Of a stretch of 64,000 nucleotides of DNA, positions 53,456 to 63,850 are shown one piece after another (the stretch's first letter is position 1; the number at the start of each line of letters is the position of its first letter). Where the stretch lies: positions 37,194 through 101,193 of the IMG/VR virus record IMGVR_UViG_3300032770_000012. One strand, given 5' to 3'. Below the pieces are notes generated by a model, which saw nothing but the letters and a program-made list of their open reading frames with translations, did not search any database and was not told where the DNA came from. Source of the stretch: a virus. The position numbers and the translations under genes were made by a program.

Positions 53456-53484
53456 TTGACTTTGGGACCGGCAGAGCCTACGAT
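53456..53484 (+). promoter_or_regulatory. Sigma70-type promoter of the antisense moron
   Basis: TTGACT-17 bp-TACGAT. Confidence 0.65.
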
Positions 53485-53500
53485 TGATTTATCGCAAAGG

Positions 53501-54049
53501 ATGGACGGCCTTAATCTGATCGTGACGAAGCGGACGGACCCATATCTCCTCGGCTCTTTGCGCCGTCACTATTCGCAACCGGATGGATTTGTTGGGCGGA
53601 ACATTTGCTACGCGGTCATTTTCGACTGGATCTACTACGGCCACATCGTTGGTGGATCGGCCACTAAGCATCTCCCTGCCCGCAATGAGTTCTTCGGCAC
53701 GGAAGACCTGAATAGCATTGTCAACAATGGTTTTTTTCACATCGAGAAGCACAATGGAACCTACCCGGCCCGGAACTTCGCACAAAAAGTGTTGAAACGC
53801 TGGCGCGAACAGATCCGAGAAGATTGGTTAAGGAAGTACGGGGATTCAATCGTTGGCTTTGAGAGCCTTGTGGAACTTCCAAGGACCGGTGAAGTTTACC
53901 GGCGCGACGGCTGGGCATTGATCGGGGAGACCAAGGGCTTCACTTGCAAGCGCGTTGCCGGGAAGGGCAGCGATACCTGGACTGGTAAACGGGTATGGAA
54001 CACTACTGATCTCCGTCCCAAGCACGTATTTGCAAGATTATTAGACTAG
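53501..54049 (+). CDS. DUF4338/DruA-like (Mom-related GNAT-fold) putative DNA-modification protein
   Basis: RRHYS...GRNICY, NNGFFHI, NFAQKVL...DWLRKYG...FESLVE...GEVYRRDGW..IGETKG. Confidence 0.7.
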   Translation: MDGLNLIVTKRTDPYLLGSLRRHYSQPDGFVGRNICYAVIFDWIYYGHIVGGSATKHLPARNEFFGTEDLNSIVNNGFFHIEKHNGTYPARNFAQKVLKRWREQIREDWLRKYGDSIVGFESLVELPRTGEVYRRDGWALIGETKGFTCKRVAGKGSDTWTGKRVWNTTDLRPKHVFARLLD

Positions 54050-54058
54050 GAGAATAAC

Positions 54059-54409
54059 ATGGCAAAGACGCTCTCCCTCACCGTCCAACAGCGCGTGAAT
54101 CTATGCAACATATTCGAGGTCAGGCCGACCCGGAACGTTGGCGAATACCGGACGTTCAACAAGATTCTGACCAAGTTGGAGCTATCCAAGGAAGAGACCG
54201 AGCACGCCGGGATCACGGAGTTTCATGTCGGCGATCCGAACGGAGTATCGTTTATCAACAAGAAGTGGAAGGACAACTTTTCGACCGACATTTCGTTCGA
54301 AGACGCCGAGCACGATGCCATCAAGAGCGTGTTGGCAGGCCCGGTAGAGGGGCTGAATTTGACCAGCCGGATATGGCTGAATCCATTGTTGGATCAATTG
54401 GGATTATAA
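54059..54409 (+). CDS. Hypothetical protein
   Basis: AGGAG RBS; 116 aa. Confidence 0.7.
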   Translation: MAKTLSLTVQQRVNLCNIFEVRPTRNVGEYRTFNKILTKLELSKEETEHAGITEFHVGDPNGVSFINKKWKDNFSTDISFEDAEHDAIKSVLAGPVEGLNLTSRIWLNPLLDQLGL

Positions 54410-54491
54410 GGCACTAAGAGTTATCAAACCGCCGTGTCATGTATTGTTAGGCGATTAACTTGGAATCATGTTCTTGAGAATCAGATACTTA

Positions 54492-57400
54492 TCAGGAAAT
54501 TCCAACCACGCAACCGCCCGCGATTTCGATGTTGTGATAGGTGACGGCTCCTATGGTGAACCCCGTGGCCCAATTCAGCATGTAAGGCCCTAAGGCCCCG
54601 GTATATTGAATGCCCCCAACGAACGGATTGAAGTCAGCCGCTGTGACTCCGTAACTCGGACAGTAGACGCCTTCTCCGACAAACCTGTGGTTATTGTCTA
54701 TCACGACCGTGCCGTTCGAAGTGAGATCGTTCACGTTCGCTCCCGATCCACCGGAACCCGCAGAATTTTCCCTGACCGCCAACCCGCCCGCCGTCGAGAT
54801 GGCGTTGAAGGCGGTGGAGAAGCAGTAGATGGCTCCGCTCGAACCAGATCCCAGTACCACGTTGGTCGGTAGCGAAATAGTGACGCCTCCGGTCGCGGCT
54901 GAAACGGTGACCTGATTGGTCGTTCCCGCAAGTGAAGTGACTCCGGCATTCGTCACCGTCACGCTCGCCCCACCGGCTGCTACCGTGATGCCGGTTCCGG
55001 CTGCAATACTGACCGCACCGGTCAGGCCATTGAGCGAAGTAACCCCGCCGCTTAAAGCGGCAAGATTCACGGTAGACCACGCGCTCGTACTCGGATTGTA
55101 GTACCACCACGTAGAGCCGCTGTTGTGCGCAAAGGCCGCATAACCGGCTCCTGGAGGATTGGGTGAACTGGAGAGAGTTTTCGAATACAACGCTTGATCG
55201 ACGGTTACCCCAAGCCCCAAATGCGCTCCTCCTGCCAGGGCCTTGAAGGTATCAAAGGCGCTACCGGCAGAATAATAGCCGACTGTCGCGCTGACAAACC
55301 CGGTCATTTGTAGAACCGCGCCCGATGAATCGTCCACCGTTGCGTTTATTAGTACATGCCCTAGTCCGGTAATTCGAACATGCTCCAGAACGCTCGTGCT
55401 CCCAGCGGCAGTTGTGTAGAACGATAGGTAAGTCTCAGCGCTTATGGATGTCCAGTTTGATCCCGCTATCAAAGCGAATTGACCGCCGAATGCCTTGGCG
55501 GACCCGGCCCATCCGAAACCGCGAAAAGACATTAGGCTGTCTCCGGCGACTGTCGATGAGGGGCTTATAGCGCTGCCGCGATAGGAGTAGCCATCGAGCA
55601 GTGTCCCAATATTAAAGCCGCTTCCGGAGTACGAGAATCCCCTAAAATTGGCGTAGGTGTTGGCAACTCCAGCATTGCTGACTACGTCCAGCACCGCCAC
55701 GGCGCTGCTTTCTATCACCGCCGCCGATGCAGACGCCCCTTTTACGTGAAAGGTTTTATTGGTGTAATCCCAATAAAAATTCGCATCTGCCCCGAATGCG
55801 CCCGCATGATTGTATTGAATCTGTTGATCGGAACCGGCGACGGCTACCGATCCCAGGAGGTCCACGTAGGCCGCGCCGTTCTGAGAAATTCTGACCTTAT
55901 GGCTGGTCGAGTCCATATAGAGGCGGGTTTGTCCGGACGCAGACAATGCCGGGGCCGCTTCCTGCACCAAGAACCACGAATCGGTCGCTATCAGTAGCGC
56001 CGCCGTGACGCCTCCGGAAGGGGCCTGGATCGCATTCTGATTCGTGTTGTTGGTTAGGAACCCGCCATCGGACTGAATATAGGCGGTGTGCGGGGAGTTG
56101 GAATCCGTCACGAGCAGCGCCGCGTAAGCAGCCACTCCGGTCTTGCCCTTAACCGTGAGAGCTTGGCCGGTGTAATCCCAGGTCAGGTTGCCATCGGCCC
56201 CGAAAGATGACGATGAATTGTACTGCAACATTGTGTCGGAACCGGCGACGCTGCTTGCGCCGAAGAGATCCCGATAGGCCGCGCCGTCCATCGACACCTT
56301 GACAGAGTGGCTGGTCGAATCCATATAGAAGCGGCTCTGCCCGGAAGCGGACAGCGCCGGGGCGCTTTCGGCCACCAGGAATAATGAGTCGCTAGCGATC
56401 AGCCATCGCGCCGTGACCCCTCCGGCCTTGGCCTGGATGACATCCGTATTGTTGTATGGGGCGCTGGCTGTATTGGGCACAGCGAAGCCGCCAGCCGCCA
56501 TGATGAAGGCATTGGTTTGGAGCCCGTATGTGCTGTTGGGCGTTACGGTGGAATTCGTGGCCGAAGCCCACAACAAAACATCGTTAGCCCCGAACGATCC
56601 GAGTCCATTCAGCGGTGCGGGGAAATTAGCGTATCCCAAAACCTCAAAGTCGATGTACCCGCCAGTGCTGCTATACGGCACGATGGCATGACCGGCCAAA
56701 TACGCACCCGCTCCCTGCGCGCCGCCGTTGATGGACTGCCAGGAATTGAAGTTGGAGAGAAGCCCGCCGTCGAATCGCGCGTAGGCCGTGTGCGGAGTAT
56801 TTAGATCGGTGACCACAAAGGCGGCGTAACTCGAAGCGCCGGTCTTGCCTCGAATGCTCATGACCTGATTGGTATAGTCCCAGAGCAGGTTGCCGTCTCC
56901 GCCAAATGCCGAAGAATTGTTGTACTGGATGCTCTCGTCGCCTCCCCCCGGACTTCCGCCGCCTCCGGCCCCGATTGTGTTCCAGACTCGAAGTCCGCCT
57001 GATGTGGAGTAGGAAATCTCAAACACCCCGCCACTCCCGACACCGCCCGTCCTGCGGTACCGGATCAGGCCGTAACTGTCATTGAGACTGTTCGCCTCGG
57101 TGTCGTAAAAAGACGTGCTGGCGTTGTACATCCCGTAGACCGAGTAGCCGTCCACAATGGTCTTGCCGACATAGAGATAGTCCACCAACGAACCGAAGGT
57201 GCTGCGGCTGGCCGTTACCAACGCCCCGGTGTTGGCTGCGCCGTTCTGCGATACATTCAGAATGCCGGTGTCCCCCAGTTGCATGAGCAGGGTAGCTACG
57301 TTGGTAGCGAGATTCTGGCTATAAACCTTCCATGCTCCTTGCGTGCTGACGCCTTCGCGCTGAACGATATTACGGGCCAAGTTCGCCTGCGGCGTGCTGG

Positions 57401-59195
57401 ATAGGCCGCTATTGGTGTGGAACAGGTAGGAACTGTTTGACCCACCGGCCAATCCCCCGGAACTCGGCAGAAATTCTCCCAGGTTTGAGCCAAGGATTCG
57501 ATTATTGTAAACGTAGTTCGGACCGTCCACCGTGCCGTAGGTATCCACTTCGGCCACGCAGTACTGGACCCCGGCGCAATCGTAATTGATGGTGTTGCCG
57601 GTGATGACGTTCAGCTTGTTGTGCCGTGGTGGGCTCACGTAGGGCGACCCGGTACTGGCCGAGGTCCCTAGCAAAACCGGAACCCCGATCGCCGTTGCCC
57701 CCAGACTCGAATTGCCGGGATGCCAGATGCTGTTTCCGGTGACCAAATCGTTCTGCGCGTTGAACAGGTTCACCGCCATGTTACCCATGTTCTGTACGGT
57801 GTTTCCGATAATAGTTACACGCTGCCCGCCTCGCGGATCGTAGGTCGCGTTAGTCTGAATCCCGGTGGTGATATTTTGGGCCGCGCCGGGCGAGTATCCG
57901 TAATTGGCGATTTGGTCGGTCACATACAGTGGGTCGGTGTTCCAGGAGATCATCATGCTGTTATTGCTGACTTCTCCGCTTGTGAAGCCGTCTAGATCGA
58001 TACACTCGCCATTGACGTTCAACATGGCGTTGCCGGAATATTTCCCGTTCTGGCAATATCCCGAGGTATCGATCGCCACCGCGTTCTGTCCTGGATAATA
58101 GGCCGGGGAGCCCGCAACGTACCCGATCCGATAGTAGTAGTTGTTGTTGACGGTGAAGTTTTGCACATCACCCATCTCGGTTCCGTCGCGCCCGACATCG
58201 GAGAACAGGCTACCGAACACCGAGAAATTCTGGTGCAGGTTGGCAGTCGTGTACGTGTAACTCCAGACACAATTCCCGGTGATGTTCTTGAAGGTGCAGT
58301 TGCTGACGACCAACCCCTGTACTTGCGTTGCGGCGTAGACCTGAGAGTTATAGCCGTAGGGATTTGTTCCGTCTCCTCCGCCCGCCGCAAAGATTCCTCC
58401 GACCCAGGAACCAACGCCGTGATAAGTGTGCCCCCCGGTGGTGCCGCCATAGACCAGCGCGATATTGTTCTGGAATATGCAGGACAGCACGTTCATCCCG
58501 ACCAAATTCTGCATTCTGGAATCGAGCAGAAGCGCGTAGCCGCCACAATCCTGCACGATCACGTTATACAGGTAGAATGTTGACGCTCCGTTCGACACCC
58601 AAATCATCGAGTTATTCGTTAGAGTCGGGTGCATCGGATCGCCCGCCATGGTGCCGAATAAAACAGAGAAGTCGAGTTCGGTCGATGACGTGATGCTGCC
58701 TTCCAGCAATAGGGACTGGATTGAGTTATTGTTGGCCGTGACCTGAACCACCCCGCTGGCAAATGTGCTTGCGGCGTTTACCTGAAAGATTGTTCCCGGA
58801 CCGTCTCCGAATAGCAGAATATTCGGTTTGTTCATCAGGATCGCGCCGTTGATCTGCCACGCCCCAGCCTTGCAGTGAATGGCCGCTCCTGCTGTGGGGG
58901 CGGACTGGATGGCGGCATTGATACAAACGTCGCTCAGTCCTCCGCCGCCGCAAAACTGGCTGGCCTCGATGATTGTGCTGAAATTGCTGGGACTCGGCGG
59001 GGTCGGCGTCGGTCCTGCGCCACTGCTGACCGATGGGGTCGTTACGGCAGTCATCGCCGCCGTGGTGGTCTTCAGCCCTTTTTGTGCCGCAAGAATCTGC
59101 GCGGCCAACATGCCAAAGTTCTTATTTAGCCGCGTCAGCTTAGGATCGGAGAGATCTGCGGGGCTGATGTCCAGAATTTGAGCTTGCGTGCCCAT
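54492..59195 (-). CDS. Tail fibre/tailspike with pectate-lyase-like parallel beta-helix
   Basis: INAAIQSA...GAWQIN...LFGDGPGT then PbH1-type Asn ladders; three QYNxxxxFGxDxNxxWDYT repeats; GVTSLNGLTGAV repeats. Confidence 0.85.
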   Translation of the reverse strand: MGTQAQILDISPADLSDPKLTRLNKNFGMLAAQILAAQKGLKTTTAAMTAVTTPSVSSGAGPTPTPPSPSNFSTIIEASQFCGGGGLSDVCINAAIQSAPTAGAAIHCKAGAWQINGAILMNKPNILLFGDGPGTIFQVNAASTFASGVVQVTANNNSIQSLLLEGSITSSTELDFSVLFGTMAGDPMHPTLTNNSMIWVSNGASTFYLYNVIVQDCGGYALLLDSRMQNLVGMNVLSCIFQNNIALVYGGTTGGHTYHGVGSWVGGIFAAGGGDGTNPYGYNSQVYAATQVQGLVVSNCTFKNITGNCVWSYTYTTANLHQNFSVFGSLFSDVGRDGTEMGDVQNFTVNNNYYYRIGYVAGSPAYYPGQNAVAIDTSGYCQNGKYSGNAMLNVNGECIDLDGFTSGEVSNNSMMISWNTDPLYVTDQIANYGYSPGAAQNITTGIQTNATYDPRGGQRVTIIGNTVQNMGNMAVNLFNAQNDLVTGNSIWHPGNSSLGATAIGVPVLLGTSASTGSPYVSPPRHNKLNVITGNTINYDCAGVQYCVAEVDTYGTVDGPNYVYNNRILGSNLGEFLPSSGGLAGGSNSSYLFHTNSGLSSTPQANLARNIVQREGVSTQGAWKVYSQNLATNVATLLMQLGDTGILNVSQNGAANTGALVTASRSTFGSLVDYLYVGKTIVDGYSVYGMYNASTSFYDTEANSLNDSYGLIRYRRTGGVGSGGVFEISYSTSGGLRVWNTIGAGGGGSPGGGDESIQYNNSSAFGGDGNLLWDYTNQVMSIRGKTGASSYAAFVVTDLNTPHTAYARFDGGLLSNFNSWQSINGGAQGAGAYLAGHAIVPYSSTGGYIDFEVLGYANFPAPLNGLGSFGANDVLLWASATNSTVTPNSTYGLQTNAFIMAAGGFAVPNTASAPYNNTDVIQAKAGGVTARWLIASDSLFLVAESAPALSASGQSRFYMDSTSHSVKVSMDGAAYRDLFGASSVAGSDTMLQYNSSSSFGADGNLTWDYTGQALTVKGKTGVAAYAALLVTDSNSPHTAYIQSDGGFLTNNTNQNAIQAPSGGVTAALLIATDSWFLVQEAAPALSASGQTRLYMDSTSHKVRISQNGAAYVDLLGSVAVAGSDQQIQYNHAGAFGADANFYWDYTNKTFHVKGASASAAVIESSAVAVLDVVSNAGVANTYANFRGFSYSGSGFNIGTLLDGYSYRGSAISPSSTVAGDSLMSFRGFGWAGSAKAFGGQFALIAGSNWTSISAETYLSFYTTAAGSTSVLEHVRITGLGHVLINATVDDSSGAVLQMTGFVSATVGYYSAGSAFDTFKALAGGAHLGLGVTVDQALYSKTLSSSPNPPGAGYAAFAHNSGSTWWYYNPSTSAWSTVNLAALSGGVTSLNGLTGAVSIAAGTGITVAAGGASVTVTNAGVTSLAGTTNQVTVSAATGGVTISLPTNVVLGSGSSGAIYCFSTAFNAISTAGGLAVRENSAGSGGSGANVNDLTSNGTVVIDNNHRFVGEGVYCPSYGVTAADFNPFVGGIQYTGALGPYMLNWATGFTIGAVTYHNIEIAGGCVVGIS

Positions 59196-59203
59196 GTCTG
59201 AGG

Positions 59204-62200
59204 CTAGGCTACACCTTTGGGAGAAAGTGCTTCCCAGATCATATGCTGGTCGTAGTCTCCCCGCTGGTTCCCGCTCATCAGTAGCGATTCAATGCGCGAT
59301 CCGTCTCCGTAGATCTTGAACGGGGCGCTTGAATTAACAGCCGCGATGGTGAACCGGAAGCGCTTGGACTTATTGAGCACGGAGCCCACTGCCTTAGGCA
59401 GAAAGAACCGTTCCGTGTCTCGATAGCTATGGGCGGCGAGCGTTGTCTGGTAGAACTGCGTGTTGCCGGATACGTAAATGGTGAGAGTGATTCCGCCAGT
59501 GCATAGGTATTCCACCCAGATTTGCTTGATGAATCTGAAGCCCACCGATCCCAGGACCAACTCGGAGGAATCCCACCAGGTTAGATACTCCGGCTCTCTC
59601 CAAGCGTCCCACTTTACGTCGAAGACCTGGGCCTTGCCGCCAGTTCCGGGAGTGTAAACCAGATTGAACATCTTGCCAAGCTGGTTGGGGTTTACAGTGA
59701 GGATTCGGACTCGGTCCGTGCTGGTCGTATTCACTGTGAAGTTCTGAACTGTGGTGCCGTCCACTCCGAGCGCCACGTTGCAATTTACGCCCCCGGTATC
59801 AATCGTGAGCGTGATTGCCCGCAATACCTTTTCGGCGCTCCATCCCAGATTGCTCCAGTCCGTGAACAGGCTGATGTCTGGTGGATACTTGATGAAATCA
59901 AAGTGGTACTTCCAACTCTTGAGCGTTCCTGGGTTCGTCCCTCTCGCCTGGACCCGGACCATCTTAACTACCTGCCCATCCGCGATAGCGAACGGCTGCT
60001 TGGATCTTCCGGTTCCCGTCAAGGTGACAGTGAATGCCGGGGTCGTAACGGAAGTCCCGTTGAAGCCGCTGATTGTGTCCACATCGACCACCAACGCGCC
60101 GCCAGCATGGTCGTACTCCATGGATAGTTCGGTCAACTTCTTGTCGTAAGGGTAGCCCAGATCGTCCCAGTCGCTCGTATGACTGACAGCGCCTTTGTCG
60201 GCTGGCTGCACGACATAATTCAGCGACCATAGCTGGAACATCGCCCCGCTCGTAAGCGGGGTTGTCAGTAAGATCCTGAATTTCTTTCCAACGATCGGAG
60301 AGTTGAGCGTGTAGGTGAATTTCCTCGTGCTCAACGTGGTATTGACCGTGATGGTTTCCTGGGTGGTCCCATCGGCTTGGATCTGGACCGATACGTTGAA
60401 CCCGTTCGTGTTCACGTCGAATACGATCTGCTGGAGATACTTGTCATAGGCGTAATCGACATCGGTGTATTCGGTGAAGTACACCACGTCCGGGGGATAC
60501 TTTTCGAATGGCTCGAAAACCGGCGATCCAAAGATCTCAAAGTCCGCGCTTGCAACGTTAGGTCTGAGGCGGACTGCCTTTACGACTAGGCCGTCGATTA
60601 GCGGATAGACCTGCTTGCTTCGTCCAGATCCGGACAGACTAAAGGTTTGGACGCCAAACGTGGCGTTCGCTCCTCCAACGCCGTACAGAATATCGAGCGA
60701 GAGCGTGATGGTTTGACCCTTTGCATCGTACTCCAGCGTCATCGTGAACAGGTGCTTGTCGTAGGGATGCCCGAGGAACATCCAGTCGGTTATCTGGCCG
60801 CGCTGAATATCCGCGAGTGGATTGTATCGAAATTCGACACCATGCAGGATCAACGCGGCGGTTGCCGATCCGGTAAAACGCAGGGCTATAGCCTTAGCTT
60901 CTTTGCCCCAACTCTGAGACAACGTTTGTTGCAACGGAAGCGGGACCCATCTCCGGCCTGCCGCTGGAGCGATGGTGAACGTATCGGTCGAATCTCCCGT
61001 ACTCGAATAGTCGTAGTAAAGCTGAACTGTGATATTGTCACTCGGGTTCTCTACTTCGAGGGCAATGTCAGTAAACTCCTTGATTGTCGTTCTGGATTCA
61101 GGCGCATAAAAGCCGGTGAAGGCCGCGAAGCTGATGGCCGTCCCGCTTGTCGGGGTAGACACCCAGGATTCGGTCGTACCTTGTTCGAACTGCTCCAGAT
61201 ACGCCGAGCCTGGGCCGTTGTCGAACACCGCTCCTATCAATCTCCCGGTGTCTTTCTCGCTCAAAAATGAAAGCATTACGCTACCGAACTGCACCGCGCA
61301 TGGCTCCCAACGCTTGTAGACCAAGTGGTAACGCAGTATGTGATTTCCGGCGCTGGTGTCGCTGTAGATGAAATAGACGTAGGAATCATGGCTGACCAGT
61401 TTGGCTGGAGCCTGACCTGGCACGCCTTCCAGAGTCGCGTAATTCAGCGGAGCCAAACTCCCAACCTGCTGGCCGTTGAATACCCAATCGATGGCCTCGG
61501 TCATTTTGATGCTCTCGCCGCCCGACCACGCATAAATTCCGTCGTAGGACAGGTACCAGATCGAGTCGCCAACCCGCGTCCATAGGTGCTTAGCCACCAT
61601 GCCGCGATTTACAGGAGCTTCTTGTATGTTCCAGATCGCTCCGTTCCACAGTTGGAACGTATAAATCTTATAGAGGCACAGGACGACTATTTCCCCGCGA
61701 TGCTCCACCAATCCGGTGATCGGATTGTCCGGGGTTGTGATGTTCACGATATGAGCGTTGCCGTCTTCTAGATCGACTGGCGGATAGGCGTTGACCTGAG
61801 CACTCTTGCTCTGGTAGATTTTGTGCGGGTTATTAGGGTCCCCGGCCAGAATCAGCGTGTCGCCAGCCTTGCACAGAATGTCGCAGGTGGCGTACATGTA
61901 GTCGGAGTTCAGGTTCTCTCCCGGAGAGTGAATCCTTTGCAGATAGATCGTAATTTGTGTTGCGGTCACCGACAAAATGATGCAATCTTCGTCGTTAACA
62001 CCGTTCCCGATATGAATATTCCCGCCTGGGCTCAACGCCGTTCTCAAATCGCTTATTCCGGAACTGGCTGGCGCGAACGTTGTCAATCCGGTCTGCGCTG
62101 GCATACCGCTTGGAGTGAGCGCGGCGAATACGATGTCGGATGGGACGGGCGCAAAATTGTCTAATACCAACTGATCGTTCCCTGCTATCGCATCGTCTGG

Positions 62201-63850
62201 TTGATTATCCACGAAGTCCACCGGCAAAGGAGTGCCGCTCGAAACCCCTGGATTGCTTGTATACCCGACGAAGCGGTATAGCGCGTCCGCAAATGTTCCG
62301 CCCGCCCGATAAATGGCAATTGAGCCGAACCCCTGCAAGTCTGGGTTTCCGGTAATCCCGGCATAATCGGTGCCCCAACAGCGAACGTTGATGGCCTGCA
62401 CCTGAACGTCTATCCAGTTCTCCGGGACCAGCGATGTGGAAGGATTACCGATCTCTCCAGTTACCGGATTCCTGTAAACGTACCGGTACCTGTAAGGCGC
62501 GGCGGTTGGCTGAGTGATCGAATCCGGTCCCTGACCGCCCCTCGCATAGATCGCTCCGACTTCTACCTGATATGTTGGCCCTCCGGCTACTTGGTTGGTG
62601 ATGACGTAGATCTCAACCATGCTGACGTTCTTCCAGGAGAACGCCCCTTGCCCGGCCTGCCCTACAGCAAGAAACGTGTTCTTTGGGATGTCGTACTCAT
62701 ACCAGGTCGGGGTTTCGGTCACAGGCGGAACTTCGATTGGCTGCACCTCGATATAGGTCTGGTCTCCTTTGGCTGCAAAATCCTGAGCGCTTTGGGCTGC
62801 GATCGCCGCTGCCGCCGCATTTGCCGCCTGCTCGGCTGCGATGTAGCTCGCGCTAACCGGCATGGCGATGGCCTTCTCGTAATAGTCGGAACCAGATCCA
62901 TTCACATAGACCCTAACGCGGATCTCGGAGGTATAGGCGATGCTTCCGATCCACAGGCCAACGTGAACAATGTCGGCGCTGCTATAGCCAGTCGCCGGAG
63001 TCCCGCTAAAAGACCAATCGAGCGAAGCGCTGTAGTCCGCTTTGTAAGCGTTCCCGTCCGCTGTAATCTGAGTGACCGGAGAACCCCCGGCGTCTTCGTT
63101 GACAAGCGTATAGAACGAATCGATAGCCCCGGAGGGAGTGCTGGCGCAGATGGCGAAGAACGTTGTGCTGGTAACGGACTGGACCAGAACAAAGGTCGGA
63201 CTCCCGCCAATGGTCATCCGAACATACATCCCGGCTAGGATGTTCGACATGTCGGACGGCGTGATCTGGTAGTAGTTGCCGGATACGAGCGTGGCCGATG
63301 TAACCGTAACGCCGGTCAAACGATTGGTCCCGCCCGATTGATCCGCCATTACGCTAAGGCTTGGAGAGCCGAATCCCAGGACAGCGGGGAGCGCGGGAGG
63401 ATAGATGCCCCACGGATGCGCAATCGAAGACGCCCCGTCGTCCTTCAGCATGATGTCGGGTGTGGCGAAGTAGAAGTAGGGTTTGCCGGAACTCGTTGCC
63501 GAATATGCCTGGCCTTCCCATCGCTTGCCCGATATTGGGTAACCAGTGGTGATGTCGGTGTAGCTGGAGTATGGCCCTGTGACCCGCGTAATCGAAGCTC
63601 CCTGCCCGATGTACCTCAGGTCCGCCGAATCCGCCCCGCCGAGGGCCATTTTGTACATCGTGTGCAGACCGGCATCGAGGTTTCCGCTGGCTGTATCCAG
63701 CCGCTTAGAGCCAAAGCGGACTTGAATATTGCCCTGCTGGATGCTGGTGACATTCAAGGCTTCTTGAAGTTGTCCGGGCTGAAGACTGCCTGGATCAATT
63801 TTTGTAAAAACGCCCTGAAAATCGAAGGGGAAGGCAAGGCGCTTCGGCAT
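59204..63850 (-). CDS. Large tail hub/tube-like structural protein (P22 gp10/T7 gp12-like) with expanded C-terminal repeats
   Basis: LQEALNV...IQVRFG N-terminus, beta-propeller-like centre (IWYLSYDGIYAWSG), repeated TDW..LGY.YDK.L domains. Confidence 0.7.
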   Translation of the reverse strand: MPKRLAFPFDFQGVFTKIDPGSLQPGQLQEALNVTSIQQGNIQVRFGSKRLDTASGNLDAGLHTMYKMALGGADSADLRYIGQGASITRVTGPYSSYTDITTGYPISGKRWEGQAYSATSSGKPYFYFATPDIMLKDDGASSIAHPWGIYPPALPAVLGFGSPSLSVMADQSGGTNRLTGVTVTSATLVSGNYYQITPSDMSNILAGMYVRMTIGGSPTFVLVQSVTSTTFFAICASTPSGAIDSFYTLVNEDAGGSPVTQITADGNAYKADYSASLDWSFSGTPATGYSSADIVHVGLWIGSIAYTSEIRVRVYVNGSGSDYYEKAIAMPVSASYIAAEQAANAAAAAIAAQSAQDFAAKGDQTYIEVQPIEVPPVTETPTWYEYDIPKNTFLAVGQAGQGAFSWKNVSMVEIYVITNQVAGGPTYQVEVGAIYARGGQGPDSITQPTAAPYRYRYVYRNPVTGEIGNPSTSLVPENWIDVQVQAINVRCWGTDYAGITGNPDLQGFGSIAIYRAGGTFADALYRFVGYTSNPGVSSGTPLPVDFVDNQPDDAIAGNDQLVLDNFAPVPSDIVFAALTPSGMPAQTGLTTFAPASSGISDLRTALSPGGNIHIGNGVNDEDCIILSVTATQITIYLQRIHSPGENLNSDYMYATCDILCKAGDTLILAGDPNNPHKIYQSKSAQVNAYPPVDLEDGNAHIVNITTPDNPITGLVEHRGEIVVLCLYKIYTFQLWNGAIWNIQEAPVNRGMVAKHLWTRVGDSIWYLSYDGIYAWSGGESIKMTEAIDWVFNGQQVGSLAPLNYATLEGVPGQAPAKLVSHDSYVYFIYSDTSAGNHILRYHLVYKRWEPCAVQFGSVMLSFLSEKDTGRLIGAVFDNGPGSAYLEQFEQGTTESWVSTPTSGTAISFAAFTGFYAPESRTTIKEFTDIALEVENPSDNITVQLYYDYSSTGDSTDTFTIAPAAGRRWVPLPLQQTLSQSWGKEAKAIALRFTGSATAALILHGVEFRYNPLADIQRGQITDWMFLGHPYDKHLFTMTLEYDAKGQTITLSLDILYGVGGANATFGVQTFSLSGSGRSKQVYPLIDGLVVKAVRLRPNVASADFEIFGSPVFEPFEKYPPDVVYFTEYTDVDYAYDKYLQQIVFDVNTNGFNVSVQIQADGTTQETITVNTTLSTRKFTYTLNSPIVGKKFRILLTTPLTSGAMFQLWSLNYVVQPADKGAVSHTSDWDDLGYPYDKKLTELSMEYDHAGGALVVDVDTISGFNGTSVTTPAFTVTLTGTGRSKQPFAIADGQVVKMVRVQARGTNPGTLKSWKYHFDFIKYPPDISLFTDWSNLGWSAEKVLRAITLTIDTGGVNCNVALGVDGTTVQNFTVNTTSTDRVRILTVNPNQLGKMFNLVYTPGTGGKAQVFDVKWDAWREPEYLTWWDSSELVLGSVGFRFIKQIWVEYLCTGGITLTIYVSGNTQFYQTTLAAHSYRDTERFFLPKAVGSVLNKSKRFRFTIAAVNSSAPFKIYGDGSRIESLLMSGNQRGDYDQHMIWEALSPKGVA

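Noticed and set aside
54492-59195. Diversity-generating retroelement target or template repeats
   Set aside because: No reverse transcriptase is present, and the repeats are diverged protein modules without adenine-specific differences.
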